DNA of 64,000 nt from Squalus acanthias (lineage: Eukaryota), in assembly GCA_030390025.1 (NCBI GenBank), contig CM059432.1, forward strand, positions 86,926,001 to 86,990,000, written 5' to 3'. The translations under genes and the position numbers were made by a program. The notes under the pieces are model-generated. The model was not told the origin of the DNA and did no database searches. It worked only from the letters and a program-made list of their open reading frames with translations. The stretch's first letter is position 1, and each line of letters opens with the position of its first letter. This document shows, one piece after another, positions 1 to 12,216 of this stretch.

Positions 1-1074
1 TTTCATCTATTTTTCATTTTCTTTTTAGCATCATTCAATTTATTCCAAACAGTATCAAAAATATACCAGCACAGCTCAATAATATATTCTGCATCACATT
101 CTTATAAAACTGCGTATCCTGTGACTTACTATAATTAATGCAATGGGAGATCCCCCTGTTATATATATTTTGAGTCTGTCACACTTCTAAAAAAATCATA
201 GTTTAAAGTGTTACACATTGCATAAAAATGAATTAAAATGTACATAAATCGGAATAAAGCCATTCATTTATGGTTGCTTCTTCTGAACTTCAGCATGAGC
301 CAAACATTTACAAGCACCTGCTAATCTACAGAGAAATAATTATCTTTTAATTGACCTCACGATATACCTATTAGGCCTTGTGCCTTGAAGGGACAGACCA
401 GGCTACACACAGCTTCAGTATAGCAGCGGGATAATATATTATGTGTTACACGGTATAACCCTTCTGTCATTGTAAAACAGTCTGCCATCCAACTTGCCAT
501 GAGAAATGCCATGGCGGATCTGCTGGTATGGTATAAAAGCACTTTTAATGATACCACAGTATCACTGGCATTAAAACAGCAGAGATCAATCAGCTAGCTC
601 AGCACAGATCAGGTATCAAATCTGGAATCTTCCTGGTCCGTACGGCTGAGTATCACTTCCAGCATTGCATTTAACCACTGAGAACAATTATATTCTAACC
701 CTTTATATAATTTTTTTTTTTTTTTTTTACAAAAAGCAAGCTTCTTCCCTTTCAGTTGATTCACAAGCACAAACCAAAGTGACTGATGAGGTGTGGATCA
801 CACTATATTTTCCTCATTAATGTTCCCCCATGTATGGCATTGTGCAGGTGGGTAAAGCTGGTAATGAAGTGCTGTAAGTGCCATAAATGAAAGTAAGCTT
901 TCATGTTAAATATCTGCAAATACCAATGTTGCTTAGTGTTGAAACTGCACAAATAAAACCATATGAAAATTTGCTCAGTGTACCCAAAAGGTACAATGCA
1001 ATTATTTAACTTTGGAAAATGCCTTTTTATTAAGTCATCACTTTTTCCATTTTCTCAGCAGAGGTGTACTGTAT

Positions 1075-1782
1075 CTTCTTCTTCTTCTTCTTAGGCAGTC
1101 CCTCGGAACCGAGGATGACTTGCTTCCACGCTAAAAATGAGTTCTCAGGTGACTGATGAGTCCAGTGCGGGACCTACAGTCTCTGTCACAGGTGGGGCAG
1201 ACGGTGGTTGAAGGGGCGGGCGGGGTGCTTGGGTTGACGTGCGCTCCTTCTCGTCTGTGGCTTCCAGTGTTGGGGCGTACGCACTGATAACCATAGCACA
1301 TTGGTTCCGGGCTAGGGTGAGCCGTAGAGTCATGAGGTGTTCGTTTATTCCACAAGGAGTCTCCGAGACGTTCAACTAGCTCATTTTTTATGGTGAAGCC
1401 TACCCAATGGAGGCAGCGTTCTTCTTCAGGTTTGCCTTTCCAGAAAAAGGTGTAACCACCGCCTTGCTCCTTGAACTGGCCTTCCCCTGCCTGCCGGGTC
1501 TTGCTTAGGGCAGCGATGTCTATGTCGAAACGTCTGAGCTACCGGGCAACGATAGCAGTACGGCGTTCTGGTCTGTCGCTGTTGGGGATGTCCATGAGGG
1601 TCCTGACGTTCCAGGTCCTGAACTTCATTTTAAAGGGTGGAAGATGCCTGTGTGTGAATTCTTTTAATGTGGGGTGGCCGTTGCACACCAGCTACCACAC
1701 GGGCTTGACAGAGCAAGGTCTTGGTCCAATGGCAAGGGGATCCAAGATGATTGGAGACCAGGCTCTGCTACATCGGCCTAGC
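1075..1782 (-). mobile_element. RTE-clade LINE, internally deleted (5'UTR + APE N-terminus joined to C-terminal C2H2 finger and (GAA)n tail)
   Basis: Minus strand from ATG 1628 reads MKFRTWNVRTL...DIAALS...GYTFFW...SAYAPT (APE). After a junction near 1250 comes CPTCDRDCRSRTGLISHLRTHF, and there is a (CTT)n tract at 1075-1092. Confidence 0.85.
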
Positions 1783-1967
1783 ACACACATACACACAAAC
1801 ATACTCCTACTGTCCTCCTCCCTCCTTCCCGCAGGTCCTCTCTGCCTGGGTTTTATAGGCTACAGTGTGGTCCTCCCGACCCCACTGCTGGTCCACGCTG
1901 CGCCACTCCTGGGCTCGTCCTCACTCCTGGGTCCTGTCCTCGCTCCTGGGTCCCGGCCTCCTTATAG

Positions 1968-2067
1968 TGTGTCTCCTTCTAGTGAGTGCGTCCCGCGGTG
2001 TCTCCTTCTAGTGCGTGCGTCCCGCGGTGTCTCCTTCTAGTGAGTGTGTCCCGCGGTGTCTCCTTCT
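1968..2067. repeat. 29-bp minisatellite, about 3.4 copies (agtgagtgcgtcccgcggtgtctccttct)
   Basis: Direct copies at 1981-2009, 2010-2038 and 2039-2067 plus a partial copy before them. Confidence 0.9.
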
Positions 2068-2279
2068 CAATCTCAGTATAACCACATCAGCGCAGGCCCC
2101 CCACAGACACTTCAGCCGCTACGCTCACCCCCCTTGCCGGCCCACCAACAATCTCTACCTACCATCACACACACCCACATCTCACAGCTTGCACACAATG
2201 ACAGCTAGTCAACTATGGCAGGCACATCACCCAAACACATTGCTCCACACTCACTCACACACTTTCCTTTCTCTTGCAG

Positions 2280-2439
2280 GCCAAGGTGGCTCACAACAGG
2301 AGGGAGCAGAAGCGCACAGGTGGGGGACAAGCCGACACCCAACCACTGTCTACGCTGGAAAATAGAGTGCAGCAGATTATTGGGCACCAAGTGGTGGGCG
2401 CCGTGGTCACTGGCGATGTTGACCCCCTTGGGGACAACA
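2280..2439 (+). mobile_element. Exon of a PIF/Harbinger Myb/SANT-like accessory gene (AKVAHNRREQKRTGGGQADTQPLSTLENRVQQIIG...); transposon remnant about 1790-2580
   Basis: KxAxNRRExxxTGGG...LxxLExRVxxIIG is the typical C-terminal extension of Harbinger Myb/SANT proteins. Intact ttttctcttgcag| acceptor and |gtatgt donor. Confidence 0.7.
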
Positions 2440-3336
2440 GTATGTTCATCCCAATGTTCATCCCAACTCCTTCTTCTCACATCCCACTTCCCCCTCACCC
2501 CACAAGCCTTTCGCACTTTCCAGCTAATCATGCTGTATGCATGCATTTCTCCCTTCCTGTACTGTATGCCAGGTTAGCATCAACAAGCAGTAATAGAAGC
2601 TGCTTGCCCATTACATCCATACAATAGCTGCATCACCAACGTGTGCATGTTTAAATAGACTGAATGTAACAAATATTTAGAGTGTTTTGACTATAGTTCA
2701 GATTGTCATTGCATAAAGTTTGATGCATAGTGAAACTGGCTTCATATTTCTTTTAGAAAACATGGCTAGGAACAGTTTTTTTCCCTACCACTTTATTCTG
2801 AACAATATTTTTGCAAGAAAACCAAGCCAATATTTTCAAGCAAATTAAGTAACAACTTGCATTTATATAACACTTCACATCTTTAGGACACTCCAAAGTG
2901 GTTCACAGCTAATTAGAAGTATAGTGACTGTTGTTTTGCAGGCAAACTAAATTATCAATTTTTCTTCTAGCCACCTCTTGTCTAAATTACTGTTATACTG
3001 TTTAATTATACCTGACAATATGAATACAAAGCCATAAAACTATGGTCTCCATTGTCAGCTTGAAGGTTCATTGATCCAGTCACTACAATATTATAAATAG
3101 AGCAGGAGGTAAAGAAGTGCACTTGTTAAAAATGTTTTCTACTGTTTTCTTGACGGTATCAAATCCTGCATTTTTTTCTAGCTCTTGTACTAGCCTTTCC
3201 TAGCAATATATTTCTTGTAGCCAAGAGAGCAGGAGAACCTGCTCCCAGGCAGCTACGAGTGCTACTCTGAATCAGCCATTAGAAGCTTGCAATGACTTGT
3301 TATTCAGCTAGAGAAGACCCATTCTTATGACATATT

Positions 3337-4098
3337 GGCCCAGATATTCCGATCCCTACGGGTGTGTACGTGCTGTGTTGACCCACCCGTAGGGACATCG
3401 GAAATGGTGGTTTCAGGCATGCACAGCACATGCGCTGAAAACCGGTATTTCAGATCTGTCAAGAATGCTCTTGACAGATCGGACGCCTGCCCTGGAGAAG
3501 GGCCTCTGGGGGTGAATAGTTCCGCTTTCTGGAGACCCTCCGCCTGCAGAAAACCCTTAGAATTCTTACGCCTGGTAAAAGCAGGCACAAGGCCTGCTTT
3601 TACCTGGATAAGAGTTGAAAAAAAGTTTAAAAAAAATAATTTTTCAGTCATTTATCCTTTAAAAATACTTTAAAAAAAGGTAAGTTTATTTTTAGCCTGT
3701 AAAAAACTAATTATTTCTTTCAAAAAATTAAATTTTTGTTTAAAATAATTAATTTATTGTAATTTCAACTAATTTTAAAAAGGTGATGGTTTTTAAAAAA
3801 TGTATTTAAAGTTTTAAAGTGTTTTGTCATTGATCTCCATTCATATATTTGACAGGTCTATCTATCAAGTGTATGAAGGGAGATTCCCTTCTTTGATTGG
3901 CTCCCCATGGCCCACGTGATCCCAGGGACGCTTGCGAACCGCATGCACCCCTGGGACACGTAGGCCCTGCGTACTTGGAGTTGGAAAGGCCCAGCATCGG
4001 AACTATATGCACCTCGGGAGCCCTCAGGTAAGTGAGTAGATTTTTTTCAGATCGGAGGCCTCTGCATGAGGGAAGCCTCCGATCGGAAAATACGGCCC
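3337..4098. mobile_element. PIF/Harbinger-type MITE, copy 1
   Basis: TIRs ggcccagatattccgatc / gatcggaaaatacggccc, 3-bp TSD ATT, several internal hairpins, AT-rich core shared with copies 2-4. Confidence 0.8.
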
Positions 4099-5191
4099 AT
4101 TAAGCCCTCCTCAACCAGCGGACATTACAAGGATTGAAGACCTCTCTGGTCATGGGTGCTGATCACAACACAAAAGCACCATTAAAAAGTTCAATATTAG
4201 GCTGAATTAGATTGCAGGGTTTCCGGAAAAGTACCTTAGATCGAAAGTGATGGTGAAACCAGTGAATGTTCGAGGAAATACATTTTATATATAAAATTTA
4301 AATGATCTGAGCACAACACTATCAGGATTTAATTGTCCTGTGAGCTGTGTACTACATGAACTAATAAACCTGTGAAATATAAAATAATTATATTCAAGAT
4401 TTATTTGCATTGTGTACAACATTCATCTTATGTAGGGCAACAGGATTCAATCTCTAATACCTCTATGAAGGAATCTCTGGGATTATGGAAAAATGGATTT
4501 CTGCAAAGTATGTAATTTATTTACAAACACAATGCATTTCAAGTGGTGAAATAATGCTACAGATGTTACATGATTTTCCACTATGAAATGAATCACATGG
4601 TACATTAATTTTGAAGTCTACATCACTTATTAGGACAAAAGAGGCTTATAGTGAGGCATGTCTCTGCTTTTGCGTGTCTGCTTCTAAAAGCTTGCTCGGC
4701 AGCAGTTCTTATTCTCAATTCCACAAATAGGGTGCTAAAAAGTACCTATTTTACACACAATCAGACAACTGACACTGATCTATGCACACCAGCTCAATTG
4801 CTGTCACTATGTCAAATAAACAGCTGCTGGTCTAGTTGATATTATAATTCAGTTTGACATGAACATTTATGCTACTTTTTATTTGAAATGACTCCAAAAT
4901 CACAAAATGCGTATTGGATTATTGCATGATCTCTGCTGATAAAGGTTTCTTTAGTATAGAAATTATTTGGCACTAGTACAAATACTGTGACACACAGATT
5001 AAAAACATGGTAGTAAACCCTTTCATATTTCACTAGAAAGATAATTTCAGCAGCAAATATACACCATGCAGTTAAAACTTCAAATGTGGCTGTCAACTTG
5101 CTATTTTAAATAACTTCATAGTTTATTAAGTATTTTTTTTAATTCACAGTGAAATGCCACATTTAAAAAGCGACATGACTGGGCAACCACA

Positions 5192-6130
5192 GAATGACCT
5201 TCCGTCCATCATAAGGTCAGAAATGGGGATGTTCGCTGATGACTGCACAGTGTTCAGTGCCATTCACAACTCCTCAGACAATGAAGCAGTCCATGCTCGC
5301 ATGCAACAAGACCTGGACGACATTCAGGCTTGGGCTGATAAGTGGCAGGTAACATTCGTGCTACGCAAGTGCCAGGCAATGACTATCTCCAACAAGCGAG
5401 AGTCTAACCACCGCCCCTTGACATTCAACGGCATTACCATCGCCAAATCCCCCACAATTAACATCCTGGGGATCACCATTGACCAGAAACTTAACTGGAC
5501 CAGCCACATAAATACTGTGGCAACAAGAGGTCAGAGCTAGGTATTCTGCAGCAAGTGTCTCACCTCCTGACTCCCCAAAGCCTTTCCACCATCTACAAGG
5601 CACAGGTAAGGAGTGTGATGGAATACTCTCCACTTGCCTGGATGAGTGCAGCTCCAACAACACTCAAGAAGCTCAACACCATCCAGGACAAAGCAGCCCG
5701 CTTGATTGGCACCCCATCCACCATCTTAAACATTCACTCCCTCCACCACCGGCGTACCATGGCTGCAGTGTGTACCATCTACAAGATGCACTGCAGCAAC
5801 TCGCCAAGGTTTCTTCGACAGCACCTCCCAGACCCGCGACCTCTACCACCTAGAAGGACAAGGGCAGCAGGCGCATGGGAACACCACCACCTCCAAGTTC
5901 CCTTCCAAGTCACACACCATCCTGACTTGGAAGTATATTGCTGTTCCTTCATCATCGCTGGGTCAAAATCCTGGAACTCCCTCCCTAACAGCACTGTGGG
6001 AGTACCTTCACCACAAGGACTGCAGCGATTCAAGAAGGCGGCTCACCACCACCTTCTCATAGGCAACTAGGATGGGCAATAAATGCTGGCCTTGCCAGCA
6101 ACGCCCACATCCCATGAACGAATAAAAAAA
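5192..6130 (+). mobile_element. LINE family A (CR1/Jockey group), 5'-truncated 3' part
   Basis: RT motifs MFADD...WADKWQVTF and IYKAQVRSVMEY; 3' tail gggcaataaatgctggccttgcc...aataaaaaaa. Confidence 0.9.
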
Positions 6131-6204
6131 TACCACTATGATGATCACTTAGGTCAAATAGTAACCAAATTCTGAAATATTATGCAATGCTGCATTAGAA
6201 TGTC

Positions 6205-6813
6205 ATGATGTGGAGATGCCAGTGTTGGACTGGGGTGGACAAATGTGAGAAGTCGCACAACACCAGGTTATAGTCCAACAGTTTTATTTTAAATCACAAG
6301 CTTTCGGAGCGCTGCTCCTTCGTCAGGTGAAGTGAAGAGATGTATATCGGCACAGCATATATAGTCAGAGAACACTGCCAGACGATTACAGTTAATCCCT
6401 CTAACTGCCCTTTATCACACCTCGGCAGAGAGACAATCACGGCAATCAAAGGTGTGAATGTTGTTCAAACAGGTCAGTCAGGAAAACATTACATCAAAGA
6501 CAATGAGGTGGGGTCACAAGGGGTCAAATGTGGCAGATGCTGGGGTCTGTATGGAAAACAAAAAACCATTGTTCGCAGCAAATTACCCAGCTTTCAGGAG
6601 AACAGCGACCACGACACCACACAACCCTGCCACGGCAACCTCTGCAAGACATGCCAGATCATCAACACAGATACCATCATCACACGTGAGGACACCACCC
6701 ACCAGGTACATGGTACATACTCATGTGACTCGGCCAACGTTGTCTACCTCATACGTTGCAGGAAAGGATGCCCCGGAGCATGGTACATCGGCGAGACCAT
6801 GCAGACACTGTGA
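6205..6813. mobile_element. Penelope-like element: inverted terminal repeat (minus, about 6205-6565) plus GIY-YIG ORF fragment (plus, about 6566-6813)
   Basis: PCHGNLCKTC...YSCDSANVVYLIRCRKGCPGAWYIGET is a PLE GIY-YIG endonuclease signature; hammerhead motif at 6295-6329 (minus). Confidence 0.88.
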
Positions 6814-6983
6814 CAACGTAAAGGGTTGCTGTTACAAGAAATAGGAATTGTTGTGAGGGTTCCATTATTAGATACAGGAGCAGAAGCTGTGCAGAGGGGA
6901 TAATGTCAATGATTTACAGTGGATAAACTAGGCTGGAATGGCCATTCCATTCTTGCTTCATTGAGTTTTGTAGCACCTGTTGA

Positions 6984-7431
6984 GTGTTAGCTGTGGGTCG
7001 CACTCTCGCCTCTGAGTCAGAAGATTGTAGGTTCACAGTCCCACTCCAGAGACTTGAGCACAAAAATCTAGGTCGACACTCCAGTGCAGTGCTGCTCTGT
7101 TGGAGGTTCTGTCTTTCGGATAAGACATTAAAAACAGAGACCCCGTCTGCTCTCTCAGGTGGATGTAAAAGATCCCATGGCACTATTTCGAAGAAGAGCA
7201 GTGGAGTTATCCCTGGTGTCCTGGCCAGTATTTATCCCTCAATCAACATCACAAAAACAGATTATCTGGTCATTATCACATTGCTGTTTGTGGGAGCTTG
7301 CTGTGCGCAAATTGACTACCATGTTTCCAACAACAGTGACCACACTTCAAAAGTACTTCATTGGCTGTAACACGCTTTGGGACATCTAGTGGTCGTGAAA
7401 GGCGCTATATAAATGCAAGTCTTTCTTTCTT
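6984..7431 (+). mobile_element. tRNA-derived DeuSINE (SacSINE1/AmnSINE1-like)
   Basis: tRNA head, central aaagatcccatggcactatttcgaagaagagc...cagattatctggtcattatcacattgctg domain, L2-like tail aaaggcgctatataaatgcaagtctttc. Confidence 0.8.
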
Positions 7432-7987
7432 TAAGAACATAAGAAATAAAAGCAGAAGTAGGCCAAACGGCCCCTCGAGCCTGCTCCGTCATTCAATAAA
7501 ATCATGGCTGATCATTGATCTCAACTCCACTTTCCCGCCCGATCTCCATACCCCTTGATTCCCCTAGAGTCCAAAAATCTATCTATCTCAGCCTTGAATA
7601 TACTCAAAGACTCAGCATTCACAGCCCTCTGGGGTAGAGAATTCCAAAGATTCACAACGCTCTGAGTGAAGAAATTCCTCCTCATCTCGGTCTTAAATGG
7701 CCGACCCCTTATCCTTAGACTATGCCCCCAATTCTAGACACTCCAGCATCTACCCTGTCAATCCCCTTCCGAATCTTGTATGTTTCAATGAGATCACCTC
7801 TCATTCTTCTAAACTCCAGAGAGTATAGGCCCATTCTACACAATCTCTCATCATAGGACAGCCCTCTCATCCCAGGAATCAATCTAGTGAATCTTCGTTG
7901 CACCACCTCCAAGGCAAGTATATCCTTCCTTAGATAAGGAGACCAAAACTGTGCACAGTACTCCAGGTGTGGTCTCACCAAGGCCCT
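7432..7987 (-). mobile_element. CR1 LINE 3' fragment
   Basis: VRPHLEYCAQFWSPYLRKD...RRMRGDLIETYKI; ttcttatgttctt tail. Confidence 0.9.
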
Positions 7988-8470
7988 GTCCTACTCCTCC
8001 ATCTTGCTGCTCATCTGGTTCTGTTCCCAAGTGCTGCTCACAGCCTGGTTCTGTTTCAAAGTCCTGCTGTATAACATGCTTCTGCTCCCAAGTACTGCTC
8101 ACATATTCCTGATAGCATTTTAGAGTGGGAACAGGTACTACTAGGTAGTAGGACTTGATATTGTGAGGTACACCAATTATATTAAACTTAAGGATATTTG
8201 CTAGAATTAATTTACAAGTCAAGTAGAAGATAATACTATCTATTAGATGGTGATGGTTAATATTTTACTTTGAATTGAATGTGACAAACAAAATCATTTT
8301 AATAGCTTTAATGCAATATTTGAAGCTGTTCTCTGCAGAGTGTGCTAAAGGTAGGTAATTTTAAATGATACATTTAACACTGGTTCACTTGTCAAATCTA
8401 TTACAAAATCAAAAAAATTGTTTGAAAAATCTAAATCTATTTCTATGCATTCTTCAGTTTACGCAATTCA

Positions 8471-10311
8471 TACAAAAAGCAGGACAAATCCAATCCGGCC
8501 AATTACCGCCCCATCAGTCTACTCTCAATCATCAGCAAAGTGATGGAAGGTGTCGTCGACAGTGCTATCAAGCAGCACTTACTCACCAATAACCTGCTCA
8601 CCGATGCTCAGTTTGGGTTCCGCCAGGACCACTTGGCTCCAGACCTCATTGCAGCCTTGGTCCAAACATAGAAAAATCATAAATCGTTACAGCACAGGAG
8701 GAGGCCATTCGGCCCATTGAGCCCATGCCAGCTCTCTGCAAGAGCACTGCAGCTCGTCCCACTCCCCTGCCCTATCCCCGTAGCCTTACAAATTTTTTTC
8801 CTTCAGGTACTTACCCAATTCCCTTTTGAAAGCCACCATCGAATCTGCCTCCACCACCCTTTCAGGCAGTGCATTCCAGACCATAACCACTCACTGCGTA
8901 AAAAGATTTTCCTCATGTCGCCTTTGGATCTTCTGCCAATCACCTTAAATCTGTGTCTTCTGGTTCTCAACCCTTCCGCCAATGGAAAAGTTTTGCTCTA
9001 TCTACTCTTGTCTAGACCCCTCATTATTTTGAACACCTCTATCAAATCTCCTCTCAACCTTCTCTGCTGTAAGGAGAGCAGCCCCAGCTTCTCCAGTCTA
9101 TCCACGTAACTGAAGTTCCTCATCCTTGGAACCATTCTTGTGAATCTTTTTTGCACCCTCTCAAGTCTTCACATCCTTCCTAAACATGGACAAAAGAGCT
9201 GAATTCCAGAGGTGAGGCGAGAGAGAAGTCAATGGGGATCAGTCAATGAAAATTCTCCACTGGCTGGAGTCATACCCAGCACAAAGGAAGATGGTTGCGG
9301 TTGTTGGAGGCCAATCATCTCAGCCCCAGGACATCGCTGCAGGAGTTCCTCAGGGCAGTGTCCTAGGCCCAACCATCTTCAGCTGCTTCATCAATAACCT
9401 TCCCTCCATCATAAGGTCAGAAGTGGGGATGTTCGCTGATGATTGCACAGTGTTCAGTTCCATTCGCAACTCCTCAGATAATGAAGCAGTACATGCCTGC
9501 ATGCAGCAAGACCGGGACAACATTCAGGTTTGGACTGGCAAGTAACATTTGTGCCACACAAGTGCCAGGCAATGACTATCTCCAACAAGAGAGAGTCTAA
9601 CCACTGCCCCTTGACATTCAATGACATTACCATTGCCGAATCCCCCACCATCAACATCCTGGGAGTCACTATTGGCCAGACACTTAACTGGACCAGCCAC
9701 ATAAATACTATGGCTACAAGAGCAGGTCAGAGGCTGGGTATTCTGTGGAGTGTCTCACCTCCTGACTCCCCAAAGTCTTTCCACCATCTACAAGGCATAA
9801 GTCAGGAGTGTGATGGAATACTCTCCACTTGCTTGCATGAGTGCAACTCCAACAACACTCGACGCTCGACATCATACAGGACAAAGCATCACGCTTGATT
9901 GGCACCCCCATCCACCACCTTAAACATTCAGTCCCTCCACCACCGGTGCACCATGGCTGCAGTGTCTACCATCTTCAAGATGCACTGCAGCAACTCGCCA
10001 AGGTTTATTTGATAGCACCTCCCAAACCAGCAACCTCTTCCACCTAGGACAAGGGCAGCAGGCACATGGGAACACTATCACCTCCAAGTCACACACCATC
10101 CTGACTTGGAAATATATCGCCGTTCCTTCATCGTCGCTGGGTCAAAATCCTGGATCTCCCTCCCAAGCAGCACTGTGGGAATACCTTTACCATGTGGGCT
10201 GCAGCTGTTCAAGAAGGCGTCTCACCACCATCTTCTCAAGGGCAGTTAGGGATGGGCAATAAATGCTGGCCTTGCCAGCGACGCCCACATCCCATGAACA
10301 AATAAAAAAAA
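8471..10311 (+). mobile_element. LINE family A fragment interrupted by a CR1 (8670-9181, minus)
   Basis: GVPQGSVLGP...MFADD and the same 3' tail; the inserted CR1 is flanked by duplicated aaacat. Confidence 0.88.
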
Positions 10312-10691
10312 GTTAATGGAAGTAATGATCAAATAGATTAGTTGAAACATTTTAGATTGCACAACATTTAAAAAAAAAGTTAAAAAAAAATAAAATTGAG
10401 TTGAAAGTTGTAGAGCAGCTTTGGAATGAGCTTTCCTGGTCTAAAACGGGGTGCTATTTTTGGGAAACTGATGATGAATCTTAACAAATGAGAAGGATAA
10501 CAAAAGAGCTTAATTATTTTGAATGATTATTTTTGTCTCCAATTTATGAACAACTTCATTTCTATTTTTTAAATTAATCCTAGTTATTGGCCACATAATT
10601 TTAACATTTATATAAATCTTCACAATCATTAAAACCTGAAAATATATCATGTGTCCTAATCATTTTCACTCCACTGGAAGATATTAATTAC

Positions 10692-10955
10692 TTTTTTTCA
10701 TTTATGGGATGTAAACATCACTGGCAAGGCTGTAATTTATTGACCATTTCTAGTTGCTTTTAGCGGTTCAAATACAACGGAGTGGCTTACTAGGCCACTT
10801 CAGAGGGCAGTTAAGAGTCAACTGCGTTGGTGTGGAATTGGAGTCACAAGTAGGAGAGACTGGGTAAGGACATTAGGTTTCTTTCCCTAAAGCACATTAG
10901 TGAACCAGTTGGTTTTTTTCCCCCCTAACAATCAAACAGCTTAATGGTCACTTTT
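10692..10955 (-). mobile_element. Short non-coding derivative of LINE family A (5'UTR joined to 3' tail); related pieces at 14410-14527 (head only) and 28275-28472
   Basis: Sequence matching 26800-26980 is joined near 10760-10770 to a diverged family A 3' tail with no ORF between. Confidence 0.7.
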
Positions 10956-11167
10956 ATGGGCATCCCCCAACCACTTAAAATGTCCATGTTTAAAATGGGA
11001 AGTCGCTTATATCGGCCCAAAAGCAATAACCATGAGCCATTTGCATTATCAATTTTAAATATGCCAGTTATAATGTCTTAAGTGCTCCGTTTATTCCGGG
11101 CAGAAACATTTGTGCTTACAGTGATATTGTACAAGTGAAGTACACATGACAATATATATATAATAGC

Positions 11168-12140
11168 AAAATACTGCGGATGCTGGAAATCCGAAATAAC
11201 AACAGAAAACGCTGGAAAAACTCAGAAGGCCAGGCAGCATCCGTGGAGAGAGAAACAGAGTTAATAGGCCAGAAATTAGGCACTTGCCGGGTGAGTACGC
11301 GCTGTGTACTCACCCGTAAGGCCTCCTGAAGTGCCGGTTTCCTGCATGCACGGGAAACCGGAACTTCCGGTTTCATGAAGGGAGTGGTTCAGAGGTGAAC
11401 CGCGTGCGCGGGAGAGGCTGCGTGCACGCAGCGAACGTAGGTTTTTTTTCAGGTTTCTCCGGGAAGGTAAGTATGGAAGAAGCTGCGCTTTTAAAAAGGA
11501 GGCGCAAGACCCGTTTTTAACAAGGTAAGTGGTTAATTAATTACAATTTAAAATTTTTTTCAACAGGTTTATCTTTTTTAGATACTTTAAAGAAAGGTAA
11601 GTTTATTTTTAGCACTGTTAAAAAGTATTTTAATTTTGTCAAAAATTTAAATTTTTGTTTAAAGTAGTTAATTTATTTAACTTATAGTTATTTTAAAAAT
11701 GTGATGGTTTTTTAAAAAATTTATTTGAAGTTTAGGTGTTGTTTTGGGGCTGATTTCAATTCATAGATTTGACAGGTCATCCTGTCAAATCTATGAATGA
11801 AAGATGGTCTGCTGCCATTGGCTCTCCATGGCCCATGTGATCCCAGGGGACGCATCGCACTAACTACGCCCCGGGATACACAAGCACTGCGCGCCGGCAG
11901 CTGCAGGAGGCCCAGGAGCTGAAGTCCCCGTGGGCCCAGAGGTCAACGGCAGGCGCAGTAGGTAGGTGCGCGCGCGATCATTGCACCCGCGGGAAGCCAG
12001 GGAGCCTAATTTCTGGGCCAATGTTTCAGGTCGAAGACCTTTCGTCAGAACTGACGAAAGGTCTTCGACCTGAAACATTAACTCTGTTTCTCTCCACGGA
12101 TGCTGCCTGGCCTGCTGAGTTTTTCCAGCGTTTTCTGTTG
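11168..12140. mobile_element. Second-family Penelope-like palindromic remnant (split by MITE copy 2)
   Basis: Arms 11168-11265 + 12023-12048 versus 12051-12140; core CTGACGAaaggtcttcgacctGAAA. Related scraps at about 15945-16040, 22850-22918, 48280-48365 and 55440-55594. Confidence 0.75.
11266..12019. mobile_element. PIF/Harbinger-type MITE, copy 2 (inserted into a Penelope remnant)
   Basis: TIRs aggccagaaattagg / cctaatttctgggcc; TSD AAT (11263-65, 12020-22); the host sequence rejoins cleanly across the insertion. Confidence 0.85.
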
Positions 12141-12143
12141 ACA

Positions 12144-12145
<2 letters not shown>

Positions 12146-12176
<31 letters not shown>

Positions 12177-12195
12177 TGTATGTATGTATGTATGT
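12146..12195. repeat. (TATG)n microsatellite
   Basis: About 12 direct units. Confidence 0.95.
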
Positions 12196-12216
12196 ACACA
12201 CACACATAAAAATAAT

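Noticed and set aside
1700..1775. HDV-like ribozyme in the RTE 5'UTR
   Set aside because: Pairings exist, but I could not fit the P1.1 GG, P4 and J4/2 elements of the HDV fold.
1968..2067. CRISPR-like array
   Set aside because: Head-to-tail repeats with no spacers in eukaryotic DNA.
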